Assembly: GCA_963752505.1 (NCBI GenBank)
Contig: CAVVYM010000001.1
Location: 87,411 to 151,410 of the forward strand
DNA length: 64,000 nt
Source: an uncultured Actinomycetes bacterium
GTDB taxonomy: Bacteria; Actinomycetota; Actinomycetes; S36-B12; UBA10799
Direction: 5' to 3'
Under the pieces are notes generated by a model. It had not been told where the DNA came from. It saw only the letters and a program-made list of their open reading frames with translations, and searched no databases. Every line of letters starts with the position of its first letter. The first letter of the stretch is position 1. A program made the translations under genes and the position numbers. This document shows, one piece after another, positions 46,490 through 55,797 of this stretch.

Positions 46490-48340
46490 TCAGTCTCCGG
46501 ACGTGCTCAGCGCCGCGATGAAGGCCTCCTGAGGGACCTCGACGCGCCCCACCATCTTCATCCGCTTCTTGCCTTCCTTCTGCTTCTCCAGCAGTTTGCG
46601 CTTACGCGAGATGTCGCCGCCGTAGCACTTGGCGAGCACATCCTTACGGATCGCGCGAATGGTCTCCCGCGCGATCACGCGGGATCCGACGGCGGCCTGG
46701 ATCGGAACCTCAAACTGCTGGCGCGGGATCAGTTCGCGCAGCCGAGCGGTCAACGCCACCCCATAGGCGTACGCCTTGTCCTTGTGCACGATGGCGCTGA
46801 AGGCGTCCACCTTCTCCCCCTGCAGCAGGATGTCGACCTTCACCAGATCGGAGGCTTCCTCCCCGCTGGGGTCGTAGTCCAGGGATGCGTAGCCCCTGGT
46901 GCGGGACTTCAACTGGTCGAAGAAGTCGAAGACGATCTCCGCTAGCGGCAACGTGTACCGGAGTTCGACGCGGTCCTCGGAGAGGTAGTCCATGCCCAGC
47001 ATCACACCGCGCCGCTGCTGGCACAGTTCCATGACTGTTCCCACGAATTCCGTCGGGGTCAGGATCGTCGCGCGCACCACCGGCTCGAAGACTTCGGCCA
47101 CTTTGCCGACCGGGAACTCGCTGGGGTTGGTCACGACGTGTTCCGCGGCGTCCTCCATCACCACCCGGTAGACGACGTTGGGCGCGGTCGAGATCAGGTC
47201 GAGGTTGAACTCCCGTTCCAACCGCTCGCGCACGATTTCCAAGTGCAGCAGGCCGAGGAAGCCGCAACGGAATCCGAATCCAAGCGCCGCCGAGGATTCG
47301 GGTTCGAACACCAGCGCGGCATCGTTGAGCTTGAGCTTGTCGAGGGCATCGCGCAGCAACGGGTAGTCGGATCCGTCGATGGGGTAGAGCCCGGCGAAAA
47401 CCATCGGCCGTGGGTCTCGATACCCGCCCAGCGACTCGGCCGCTGGTTGGTGCGCCGAGGTGATGGTGTCGCCAACGCGGGATTGGCGCACATCCTTGAC
47501 CCCCGTGATGAGGTAGCCCACCTCACCGGCGGCCAGCCCCTGGGAGACTGTCGGTTCCGGACTGATCACGCCGATCTCGAGGGCCTCGTGGGTGGCGCCG
47601 GTGCTCATCATCGTGATTCGTTCACGCGGCGCGAGGGAACCGTCCACTACGCGCACGTAGGTGACGACCCCCCGGTAGGAGTCGTAGACGCTGTCGAAGA
47701 TCAGCGCGCGTGCCCTCGCGTCGGGATCGCCCGACGGCGGCGGCACTAAGTCGATCACCGTATCCAGCAGGTCAGCCACGCCGTCCCCGGTCTTCGCACT
47801 CACGCGCAGCACGTCGGCCGGGTCACAGCCGATGATGTGGGCAAGTTCCGCCGCGTACTTCTCCGGTTGCGCGCCGGGCAGATCGATCTTGTTGAGCACA
47901 GGAATGATCATCAGATCGTTCTCCAGCGCCAGGTACAGGTTCGCCAGCGTCTGCGCCTCGATGCCCTGCGCGGCATCGACCAGCAGGATCGCCCCCTCGC
48001 AGGCGGCAAGCGAGCGGGAGACCTCGTAGGTGAAGTCGACGTGGCCCGGCGTATCGATGAGGTTGAGTACGTAGTCGCGGCCATCGCCGGCGCGGTACGG
48101 CAACCGCACGGCCTGGGATTTGATGGTGATGCCGCGCTCCCGCTCGATGTCCATCCGATCCAGGTATTGCGCACGCATTTGTCGGTCGGAGACGACACCC
48201 GTGAGTTGCAGCATCCGATCGGCCAGCGTCGACTTGCCATGATCGATGTGGGCGATGATGCAGAAGTTACGAATCGCCTCCGCCGGCGTGGATCCGGGGG
48301 TATTCACACCGGGGCTGTGCTGCCCTTGACCGACTGTCAC
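46490..48340 (-). CDS. lepA: Elongation factor 4
   Basis: [31 protein letters not shown], and the LepA C-terminal domain ([13 protein letters not shown]). Confidence 0.97.
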   Translation of the reverse strand: MTVGQGQHSPGVNTPGSTPAEAIRNFCIIAHIDHGKSTLADRMLQLTGVVSDRQMRAQYLDRMDIERERGITIKSQAVRLPYRAGDGRDYVLNLIDTPGHVDFTYEVSRSLAACEGAILLVDAAQGIEAQTLANLYLALENDLMIIPVLNKIDLPGAQPEKYAAELAHIIGCDPADVLRVSAKTGDGVADLLDTVIDLVPPPSGDPDARARALIFDSVYDSYRGVVTYVRVVDGSLAPRERITMMSTGATHEALEIGVISPEPTVSQGLAAGEVGYLITGVKDVRQSRVGDTITSAHQPAAESLGGYRDPRPMVFAGLYPIDGSDYPLLRDALDKLKLNDAALVFEPESSAALGFGFRCGFLGLLHLEIVRERLEREFNLDLISTAPNVVYRVVMEDAAEHVVTNPSEFPVGKVAEVFEPVVRATILTPTEFVGTVMELCQQRRGVMLGMDYLSEDRVELRYTLPLAEIVFDFFDQLKSRTRGYASLDYDPSGEEASDLVKVDILLQGEKVDAFSAIVHKDKAYAYGVALTARLRELIPRQQFEVPIQAAVGSRVIARETIRAIRKDVLAKCYGGDISRKRKLLEKQKEGKKRMKMVGRVEVPQEAFIAALSTSGD

Positions 48341-48536
48341 CGGGCTATCTTCCCACGGCCGCGATTCCGCGCAGGGGCCGAGCGAGTTTCACCCCGCATG
48401 CCCTGCGCTACACTGGGGGTCTGGCCTTGGCCGCGCTTCGTCCTGCGCTCGTGCCGCCGAGTCCTCCCCGACCGAAAACTCTCCAGAACCAGCACTGCAC
48501 GCGCCCAGCGTGTGCCTCGCAGCAGATTGGTAAACC

Positions 48537-48803
48537 GTGGCCAACATCAAGTCCCAGATCAAGCGCATCCGCACCAACGAGAAGCATCGCCTCCGCAACA
48601 AGTCGGTCAAGAGCGAACTGCGCACCCTCGTGCGGCACGTGCGCGAAGCGGTCGACGCAGGCGACGCAGCGGCCGCGCAGACTGCGGCTCAGCGGGCTTC
48701 GCGTGCACTTGACAAGGCCGTCTCCAAAGGCGTGATCCACAAGAACCAGGCCGCGAATCGCAAGAGTGCGGTGGCCAAGGCCGCCGACAGCGTCAGCGCA
48801 TAG
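48537..48803 (+). CDS. rpsT: 30S ribosomal protein S20
   Basis: [30 protein letters not shown]... GTG start. Confidence 0.96.
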   Translation: MANIKSQIKRIRTNEKHRLRNKSVKSELRTLVRHVREAVDAGDAAAAQTAAQRASRALDKAVSKGVIHKNQAANRKSAVAKAADSVSA

Positions 48804-48804
48804 C

Positions 48805-49602
48805 TCACGTCATCATCCCGGGCCGAGAGCCACGGAGATTGCGCAGCCGCCGTTCGATGGCGGGCGGAATCGTGGAGTCCGGATCCCGAGTTGCAGCCGC
48901 GTTCTCCCCGGCGAGGGCCTCCGTCGTGGCCACGAGCGATCGGTAGAGAGCCGGGCAGGTGGGGCAACCGGCAAGGTGGGCCTCCAGCGCAGCCGCAGTT
49001 CGCGCGTCCACGTCGTTGTCGAGGTAGTCGCTGACGTTGCGCCGGGCCTCCCAGCAGCTCAGCGGAATGCCTCGCACCGCCTCGCGCCGTTCGACGCCGT
49101 TGGCCAACGCGGTCACGAGCATCATGCGTCCTCGCCTCAGCCGCTGTTTGGCGGCGGGTAACCCGATCTCGAATATTTCGGCGATCTCCGGAGTCGTCAG
49201 ACCGTGCGCGTCGTGCAAAACGACGGCCGCCCGGTGGGTGTAGGGAAGCCGGATGAGGGCATCGTGGAGTTCGGCCGAGGTCTCGGCCCTAGCAACGACG
49301 ACTGCCGCATCGACTGTGTAATCGTTGTCCTGCCAACGCTTCTCGACTTCCGTGGCGATGTCGGAGTCGGGCACTTCACGCCGGGCGCGTGCCCGGTCAA
49401 CCGCCAGGTTGTGCAGAATCCGATGCAGCCAGGTTGCGAGCGACGATTCGGCGCGGAAAGACTCTGAACGCTCAAGCGCGCGAACGCACGTGTCGCCGAC
49501 GAGGTCCTGGGCAAGATCTGGATCACGCACCATCGAGGTGGCGTACCGAAGTAGCCCAGGAACCTGCGCCGGCAGAAGGTCTGCGAGCTCGGATTGGTCC
49601 AT
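48805..49602 (-). CDS. ECF sigma-70 family factor with a C-terminally fused zinc-finger anti-sigma (zf-HC2/ZAS) domain
   Basis: Region 2 (DLVGDTCVRALERSESFRAESSLATWLHRILHNLAVDRAR), region 4 (LPYTHRAAVVLHDAHGLTTPEIAEIFEIGLPAAKQRLRRGR), then C-x25-HLAGCPTC (SCWEARRNVSDYLD...EAHLAGCPTCPALY). No TM segment. Confidence 0.8.
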   Translation of the reverse strand: MDQSELADLLPAQVPGLLRYATSMVRDPDLAQDLVGDTCVRALERSESFRAESSLATWLHRILHNLAVDRARARREVPDSDIATEVEKRWQDNDYTVDAAVVVARAETSAELHDALIRLPYTHRAAVVLHDAHGLTTPEIAEIFEIGLPAAKQRLRRGRMMLVTALANGVERREAVRGIPLSCWEARRNVSDYLDNDVDARTAAALEAHLAGCPTCPALYRSLVATTEALAGENAAATRDPDSTIPPAIERRLRNLRGSRPGMMT

Positions 49603-49648
49603 GGCTGGCAGGCTAGCGATCGTCCAACCAGGCAAACCCCACGTGCGA

Positions 49649-49888
49649 TCAGCCGACCGCAGTGCGCTCGGGCTGCGCCTTGGATGTGTTGACCGGGCAC
49701 GTACTGAGGCCAAAGAGCCGATACAACGGGCAGAAGCCAGCGGCTGCTGTGACCAGCATGACAACCCCGACAACGGCCAGCACGATCCCGAGCACAGATC
49801 CGATTCCCACCGCGAGCGCGGCTGCGAAAGCAGCAACTGCGACCACGACGCGGATCATCCGATCGATGTTCGATTCATTACGAGTCAT
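49649..49888 (-). CDS. DUF2892 (YgaP-like) small membrane protein
   Basis: 79 aa from ATG 49888 (RBS AAGGGGA). Contains NIDRMIRVVVAV...MLVTAAAGFCPLYRLFGLSTCP. Confidence 0.7.
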   Translation of the reverse strand: MTRNESNIDRMIRVVVAVAAFAAALAVGIGSVLGIVLAVVGVVMLVTAAAGFCPLYRLFGLSTCPVNTSKAQPERTAVG

Positions 49889-50021
49889 GATGCGATCCCC
49901 TTTCGGCGTCCGGCGGCAGGTCCGCCGGTGTTTCTGTCGCATCATGGACGCGCGAGCCCGCCAAATGGATACATCCGATTCGGTGAGAAGCGTTGCCGTG
50001 GCTTGCATCTTCCTGTGCTCC

Positions 50022-51008
50022 TCAGGGAGCGGAGGGAGTGGCCATGTCGATCACAGCCCGCTCGAGGACGTACGCCTTCTGCTCGTCGCCGAGTGCGGAT
50101 GCGGCGTCGTAGCCGCCCTTCATCAGCACCGAGAGTCGTGCCAACTGGGCAATGGCATCGGCGATCTCCTCCGAGCTCCAGCGTCGGGCCTGGTGGACGG
50201 CCGTGCGAGCCATCCATTCAGGAATCTTCAACGCCGCGGCAACGTCTGCCGCGGCCCCTGAGCCAGCCCGTGCGGTCTTGGCGGCGGCCAGCCGTTGGAA
50301 CGTGATGGTCAGCGCCGTGACGGTCATCAGACCTGCTCGTGTACCGCCCTCGTGCAGGGCGAAGCGCAGGCGCTCCAAGGCGAGCGGGGCGTCCCGGCCG
50401 ACCACTGCGTCGGCGATCTCGTAGCCCTTGATCTCCACATGTCCGGAGTAGTACTGCGCTGCATCCTCCCGGCCGATGTGGTCGTGCTGAACGTCGCTGC
50501 ACAACTGCGCCACCGCACTTGCCAGGCCGCGGGGTTCGGCGCCGATCGCGTCCACCAGTAGCGCCACCGTCGCCTGGTCGGCGCTCTTGCGCGCCCGACG
50601 GAACTCCGCCACCACGAAATCGGTCACGGCCCGACCCTTGAGCGGATCGGCCTTCACCACTGTGCCCATCTTCGTCAACCGGTTGCGCACCTTGGTGGAG
50701 CCGCGACCGCCGGCGTGCACCACGATCCACCCAGTGTCGGTGCTGGAGCTGATCATGTCGCATACCTGTGAACCCGTGGACTCGTCGAGGAGCTGGAAAT
50801 CGCGCAACACGATGGTCGGGCTGCCCCCGAAGAGGTCTGGTGATGCGGCGTTCATGAGGTCCGGCAGGATTCCCGACGACGCCCCGGACACCTCGGATAC
50901 TTCGGCCCCCTGAGTCCGCCAGGCCGTGACGGCGGCAGCGATCTCGCGCTCGGCGAAGAACTCCTGGCTGCCGAGCACAACAAGCACCCGCGGCGGCGTC
51001 GAGGTCAT
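50022..51008 (-). CDS. holA: DNA polymerase III delta subunit
   Basis: About 328 aa with conserved position between comEC and rpsT. HolA-like N-terminus (VLVVLGSQEFFAEREI) and C-terminal helical domain. The start is uncertain (ORF extends to 51053). Confidence 0.85.
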   Translation of the reverse strand: MTSTPPRVLVVLGSQEFFAEREIAAAVTAWRTQGAEVSEVSGASSGILPDLMNAASPDLFGGSPTIVLRDFQLLDESTGSQVCDMISSSTDTGWIVVHAGGRGSTKVRNRLTKMGTVVKADPLKGRAVTDFVVAEFRRARKSADQATVALLVDAIGAEPRGLASAVAQLCSDVQHDHIGREDAAQYYSGHVEIKGYEIADAVVGRDAPLALERLRFALHEGGTRAGLMTVTALTITFQRLAAAKTARAGSGAAADVAAALKIPEWMARTAVHQARRWSSEEIADAIAQLARLSVLMKGGYDAASALGDEQKAYVLERAVIDMATPSAP

Positions 51009-51080
51009 GCCGACAAGCATGACAGCACTCGACCGCACCGGCGATCGGCACACCCCGGCGGAGTCGCGCCACCGGCCGCC

Positions 51081-53462
51081 TCAGGAGCGGTCATGGACCC
51101 GCCTGGTCACCACGGTCGTTGATCCATCGTCCCCGCCGACCGCGATCACGTCTCCGTGCAGGTCTGTGCGGGCCACGGCCGCCCCGCTGGCCGCCCACGA
51201 GGCCACGGTCTCCGCAGACGGATGCCCGTAGTCGTTGTCGGCACCGTTGGAGACGACGGCCACGTCCGCTCCGACCCAGCGGGCGAACCGGGGATGCTGA
51301 TTCGCGGAGCCGTGGTGCGGCACTTTCGCCAGGTCCACCTGCAGCGACGGTGCCGACGCCATGAGCGCGCGCTGCGCCTCCGGTTCGATGTCTCCGGTCA
51401 GCAGCACCCGAGTCAGGGCCCGCGGCGAATCGACCGTTGCCGAAAGCACGAGGCTGGCGTTGTTCGGCACCGATCCAGCGTCGATTATCCGCCCCGGGCC
51501 TAGCACCGTGAGGCGCACCCAACCTGCCTCGAACTGTTGGCCCAGTCGAGCGACGTCAAGCGTGACCGGGGCCGCAGCGGCGAGCGATTCCAACGTCGCG
51601 TCGTAGGTCTGCGCCGGTTCCGGGAGCGGCGAGACCAGCACCCTGGGCGGGCCGAACCGTTCGGCTACCGGACCCACGCCGGTGACATGGTCGGCGTGGA
51701 AATGGCTCAAAATGACGGCCGGTACGTGGGATATCCCGTTGCGGAGCAGGCAATCGGCCGCACCCTCAGGTGTCGGGCCGGCATCGACCAGCACGGCCGA
51801 TTGCGGCCCCGCCCGGAGCAAAACCGCATCACCCTGCCCGACATCACACACGACCACCTGCCAGTCCTTGGCCGGCGATGGGAGCGCGGCCGGCACCACA
51901 GCTGCGGTGATGCTTCCCAGCGCAACGGCCAAGGGGACCAGAATCGGCAGAGCGCGCCAGCGCCGACCCAGCAGGGCAACGGCTCCCACCGCGACGACCA
52001 CCGCCACGGCTGGCCAGAACCCGGCGGGCCAGCGCAACCGACCGCCCGGCACTGCCGACGTCACCTCGGCGACGGCAAGAATCCAGCCCGCTCCGGCTGT
52101 TGGAATCGGGCTGGCCGCTGCCGCGAGTTCCGGCTGCACCCAAGCCAGCATCGCCACGATCAATCCGCTCACGGTCACGAGGCCCACGAGCGGCGCGGCG
52201 GCGACGTTGGCCAGCACGGAGAGCAGTGAGATGCCCTGCCCGTAGGCGGCGATGAGGGGCATCGTGGCGAATCCCGCCGCCGCGGCGGTGAGCACCGACG
52301 CCAGCACGGCTGTGACGGATAGGCGGGCCGCCGGTGGCACCCGTCCGGCGATGGTCGTCACTAGGGTTCGCCCCGGTACCGCCACCAGGATCAGGCCGGC
52401 GGTAGCGGCGCAGCTCAAGGCGAAGCCGCGCGACGAGGCCAACCACGGGTCCACCACGAGCAGGGCGCTCAGCGCAACGGCCAGGGCGGCAAATCCAGTG
52501 CCTCCCCCCAGCCACAGACCAGCTATCGCGACCAGCGCCATCGCCGTGGCCCGAACCACGCTGGGTTCCGGGCCGACAACGGTGACGTAGGCCGCCACCA
52601 CAGCTAGCGCCGGCACCAGGGCTGCGCGCCCGGTGAACCCGACGAACCGCGCGAGCACGAGAACTGCCCCGCAAACCAGGGCGATGTTGGCACCGCTCAC
52701 CGCCGTCAGATGCGACAGCCCCGACGAACGCATGGCTTCTTGGCTGTCCTCGGACAATCCGGAATCATCGCCGAACACCATGCCCAGCACCAGGTTCGAC
52801 TGCTCGGGGAGGTTCACCGGCAGTGCTGCGGCCAACCTGTCGACGACGTCCGAAGTCCACGACGTGTCAGGTTGGACCCGGCCCGGCTCGCCGGTCGACG
52901 TGAGGGTGGCCGAGTGGCCCAGGTGCGGCTGCTGCGGCGACGACACCCGGAAGTCCCCGGTCAGGCGGTCCCCGGGCCGAAGGAGTTCGGCGGAGAGGGG
53001 CAGGATTGCCAGCGTCCCCACCGTGCTGCCAAGGTGCCACGTCTCGGTGGCGGTGTGGATCTCTCGAACCTGCGCCACGAAACGTTGCCGGTTCACATCG
53101 GCTTGCCACAGCGGTCCGCCAGTCACGGCCCTCGCGGGCGTGACGACCTCGACCTCGGCCACCACCCGGGCGCGCTGATCGATCAACTTCTGCCAGGGTC
53201 CTGCGTCACGTACGACCAGGTGGACACCGGTGCTGATGGACACCAGCACGACGACGCCGGCCACGGCCGCCGCTGCGACCCGCAGCGGCGTCGGATGCCT
53301 GGCACACAGGCGTAGGGCGACGCCGACGGCACCTGCGGCCATCGCGACACAGGCCCAAGGCAGCCACGCCGGGCCTCGGGGTAGAACAAGGGCCATCAAC
53401 CAGGCGGCCAGTCCCGGTGGCAGTAACAGGAAGGAGCGGTGGTCAAGGATGCCGCGGCTCAC
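51081..53462 (-). CDS. comEC: DNA internalization-related competence protein ComEC/Rec2
   Basis: Polytopic competence domain plus a C-terminal metallo-beta-lactamase domain (CDVGQGDAVLL, SHFHADHVTG, VPHHGS). Confidence 0.93.
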   Translation of the reverse strand: MSRGILDHRSFLLLPPGLAAWLMALVLPRGPAWLPWACVAMAAGAVGVALRLCARHPTPLRVAAAAVAGVVVLVSISTGVHLVVRDAGPWQKLIDQRARVVAEVEVVTPARAVTGGPLWQADVNRQRFVAQVREIHTATETWHLGSTVGTLAILPLSAELLRPGDRLTGDFRVSSPQQPHLGHSATLTSTGEPGRVQPDTSWTSDVVDRLAAALPVNLPEQSNLVLGMVFGDDSGLSEDSQEAMRSSGLSHLTAVSGANIALVCGAVLVLARFVGFTGRAALVPALAVVAAYVTVVGPEPSVVRATAMALVAIAGLWLGGGTGFAALAVALSALLVVDPWLASSRGFALSCAATAGLILVAVPGRTLVTTIAGRVPPAARLSVTAVLASVLTAAAAGFATMPLIAAYGQGISLLSVLANVAAAPLVGLVTVSGLIVAMLAWVQPELAAAASPIPTAGAGWILAVAEVTSAVPGGRLRWPAGFWPAVAVVVAVGAVALLGRRWRALPILVPLAVALGSITAAVVPAALPSPAKDWQVVVCDVGQGDAVLLRAGPQSAVLVDAGPTPEGAADCLLRNGISHVPAVILSHFHADHVTGVGPVAERFGPPRVLVSPLPEPAQTYDATLESLAAAAPVTLDVARLGQQFEAGWVRLTVLGPGRIIDAGSVPNNASLVLSATVDSPRALTRVLLTGDIEPEAQRALMASAPSLQVDLAKVPHHGSANQHPRFARWVGADVAVVSNGADNDYGHPSAETVASWAASGAAVARTDLHGDVIAVGGDDGSTTVVTRRVHDRS

Positions 53463-54235
53463 ACCTGAACCTGATCCCGCAGACCCTCCAGCGTTCGTTC
53501 GCCGATCCCCGGTACGTCGAGCAGTTGATCCACCGACCGGAAAGCACCGTTGGCCTCACGATGGGCGATGATCTTCGCCGCCGTGGCGGGCCCGATTCGC
53601 GGCAACAGCTGCAGTTCCTCGGACGTGGCGGAGTTCAGGTTCACCAATGCCCCGTTCGCCCCCGCCGACGCGTTCGGCTGTTGCGCGACCGCGACGCCCG
53701 AACCGGCGCCCGGCACGCCGACGGGGGCTGCGGCACTGTGCTGTGCGCCGACGTACACCTGCTCACCGTCTGCCAGCACGCGAGCCAGATTCAAGCCGTC
53801 GAGCGACGTTCCGGCTGCCGCACCCCCGGCCGCCGCTAGCGCCTCGGCCACTCTGGAACCCAAGGGCAGCGTCACGACGCCCGGGTTCGCGACGTCGCCA
53901 GCCACGTGCACGACGACCAGCCCACCCGGATCTGCCGCCTCTGCGGACGCGGGATCAGGTCTGCCCTCCTGCGTGAGTTGAGGTTCCTCGATCGGCGAGG
54001 CCGGCGATACGGCTTCGGGCATGCTCCGCGCCGCCGAGACCGCTCCGACGCAGAGTAGGAAGCCCACGAGCAGCACCGTGAACAGCCAGGGCCGCATACG
54101 CCCGGGTCGCAGTGCAGTCGAGAGTCGACGTCGGCCCGGTGCATCGTCGGGCAGGTGCTGGGTGGTCACCGGCACACCAAAGGCAGCCTGCAGCCGCTGC
54201 CTTGCCGGCCCCTCGGGGGCATCGTCGTCTCGCAT
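53459..54235 (-). CDS. comEA: ComEA-family DNA-binding protein (SLBB + helix-hairpin-helix)
   Basis: VVHVAGDVANPGVVTLPLGSRVAEAL, and C-terminal NLNSATSEELQLLPRIGPATAAKIIAHRE...LLDVPGIGERTLEGL. Confidence 0.9.
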   Translation of the reverse strand: MRDDDAPEGPARQRLQAAFGVPVTTQHLPDDAPGRRRLSTALRPGRMRPWLFTVLLVGFLLCVGAVSAARSMPEAVSPASPIEEPQLTQEGRPDPASAEAADPGGLVVVHVAGDVANPGVVTLPLGSRVAEALAAAGGAAAGTSLDGLNLARVLADGEQVYVGAQHSAAAPVGVPGAGSGVAVAQQPNASAGANGALVNLNSATSEELQLLPRIGPATAAKIIAHREANGAFRSVDQLLDVPGIGERTLEGLRDQVQV

Positions 54236-54303
54236 GCATATGACGCTAGTGAGAAGTCACCTGGGCCAGCGGCCCGAAGTTGTCAGCTGTGGACAATCGT
54301 CGG

Positions 54304-54879
54304 CTAGTCCGACGAGAAGAACGCCTCGCGGATGTTGCTCTGATGACGCACCACGATGAGCAGTGCCACGGCAAGGGCGAGAACGATGTCGTAGGGCCGC
54401 TCGCCAAGGACCACTGCGGTCGGAATCAGCGTCAGCGCACCGGCCACACTCGCGATTCCGACGCGCCGGGTGATGAGGAACACCACACCGAAGATGACAA
54501 GCACCGGCAATGCCCACTGCGGACTCAGGGCGAGCACAACACCACCGGCGGTAGCGACACCCTTTCCGCCACGGAAGCCGGCGAACGGTGAGGTGATGTG
54601 GCCCACGATCGCCGCCACCCCTGCGATGACGCCGAACTCCTCACCCCACACGGTGGCCGCCACGAACGCCGGAACATAGCCCTTGGCGATATCGAGCAGC
54701 GCCACCACAACTCCGGTCCAGCGTCCCATGACACGCCCGGCGTTGGTGGCCCCCGGATTCCCGGATCCCTCTCCACGGATATCCGCACCCTTGACACGAG
54801 CGAAAATGAGCGCGAAGTTGATCGATCCCAGTAGGTACCCGAAGAGTGCTGCAATCAGACCGGCAAGCCAGGGATTCAT
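54304..54879 (-). CDS. plsY: Glycerol-3-phosphate acyltransferase PlsY
   Basis: YLLGSINFALIFAR, GSGNPGATNAGRV and GGKGVATAGG motifs. Start at ATG 54879. Confidence 0.92.
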   Translation of the reverse strand: MNPWLAGLIAALFGYLLGSINFALIFARVKGADIRGEGSGNPGATNAGRVMGRWTGVVVALLDIAKGYVPAFVAATVWGEEFGVIAGVAAIVGHITSPFAGFRGGKGVATAGGVVLALSPQWALPVLVIFGVVFLITRRVGIASVAGALTLIPTAVVLGERPYDIVLALAVALLIVVRHQSNIREAFFSSD

Positions 54880-55717
54880 GGTCGTGGCGCGATGCTCACG
54901 CTGACCATGCCCGGCCCCACGTGGGCGCCCACCACGGCACCCACCTCGTTCACGAGAATGTTGTTGAGCCCAGCCGGTTCTCCAAGTCGGCGGCCAGTGC
55001 CACGCCCCGGTCAGGTGCGGCAAGGTGCTGTACGGCCACGTCGACGGAACGATCGCCGATGCGTTCGACGGCGATCTCCGCCAGCCGGGCCAGCGCCTTG
55101 TTGGCAGTGCGGGCCTTCTCCAGTGGCATCACCCGGCCATCCACAAGTTGAAGCAGCGGCTTGACGCGCAGGGCGGTGCCGACTGCGGCGCTCGCCACGC
55201 CGATCCGCCCCCCGCGGCGCAGGTACTCCAAGGTGTCGACGTAGAAGAGCAACTCGGCTCCTGCCGCAACGCGCCGGGCCGCGTCGGCGACCTCGGTGGC
55301 GTCCGCACCTCTGTGGGCGGCTTCGGCGGCTGCAAGGACGGCGAAGCCGAGCGCCATCCCCACCGCCCGCGAGTCGATGACGGTGACCGGGATCGCCGCA
55401 TCGTGCGAGGCGAGCAGCGCTGACTCGTAAGTTCCACTCATGTCCGACGAGAGATGGATGCTCACGACCGCGTCAGCGCCAGCCTCAGCGGCAGCCCGGT
55501 AGACCGACGCGAAATCGGCCGGAGTGGGCCGTGAAGTCGTGATGACCTTCCATTCGCGCAGCGCCTCGGCCACCTGCCACGGTTGGATCTGCGTGCCCTC
55601 CTCGTATCCGCGGCCGGCGACGATCACGAGCACTGGCACCACGCGCACCTGCCACTTGGCGACTAGCTCGTCAGGCAGGTAGGAGGTGGAATCGGTGACG
55701 ATGGCGACTGAGGGCAT
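54876..55717 (-). pseudogene. DegV family fatty-acid-binding protein, interrupted by one frameshift near 54969-54971 (or a consensus error)
   Basis: ORF 54950..55717 carries the DegV body (VAIVTDSTSYLP...). The canonical C-terminus LNNILVNEVGAVVGAHVGPGMVSVSIAPRP continues in the +1 frame and ends in an ATGA overlap with plsY. Confidence 0.8.
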
Positions 55718-55797
55718 GGCGCCACCCTACTTGCGCACCCGGGGGGAGTCCTGTGGCGAAGCCAGCGGCGCGACGAGCGGGCGCCAGTGCGATCGGG

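Noticed and set aside
48341-48536. Structured leader or riboswitch upstream of rpsT.
   Set aside because: The 196-bp spacer is shared by divergent lepA and rpsT promoters. I could not identify any conserved RNA motif by eye.
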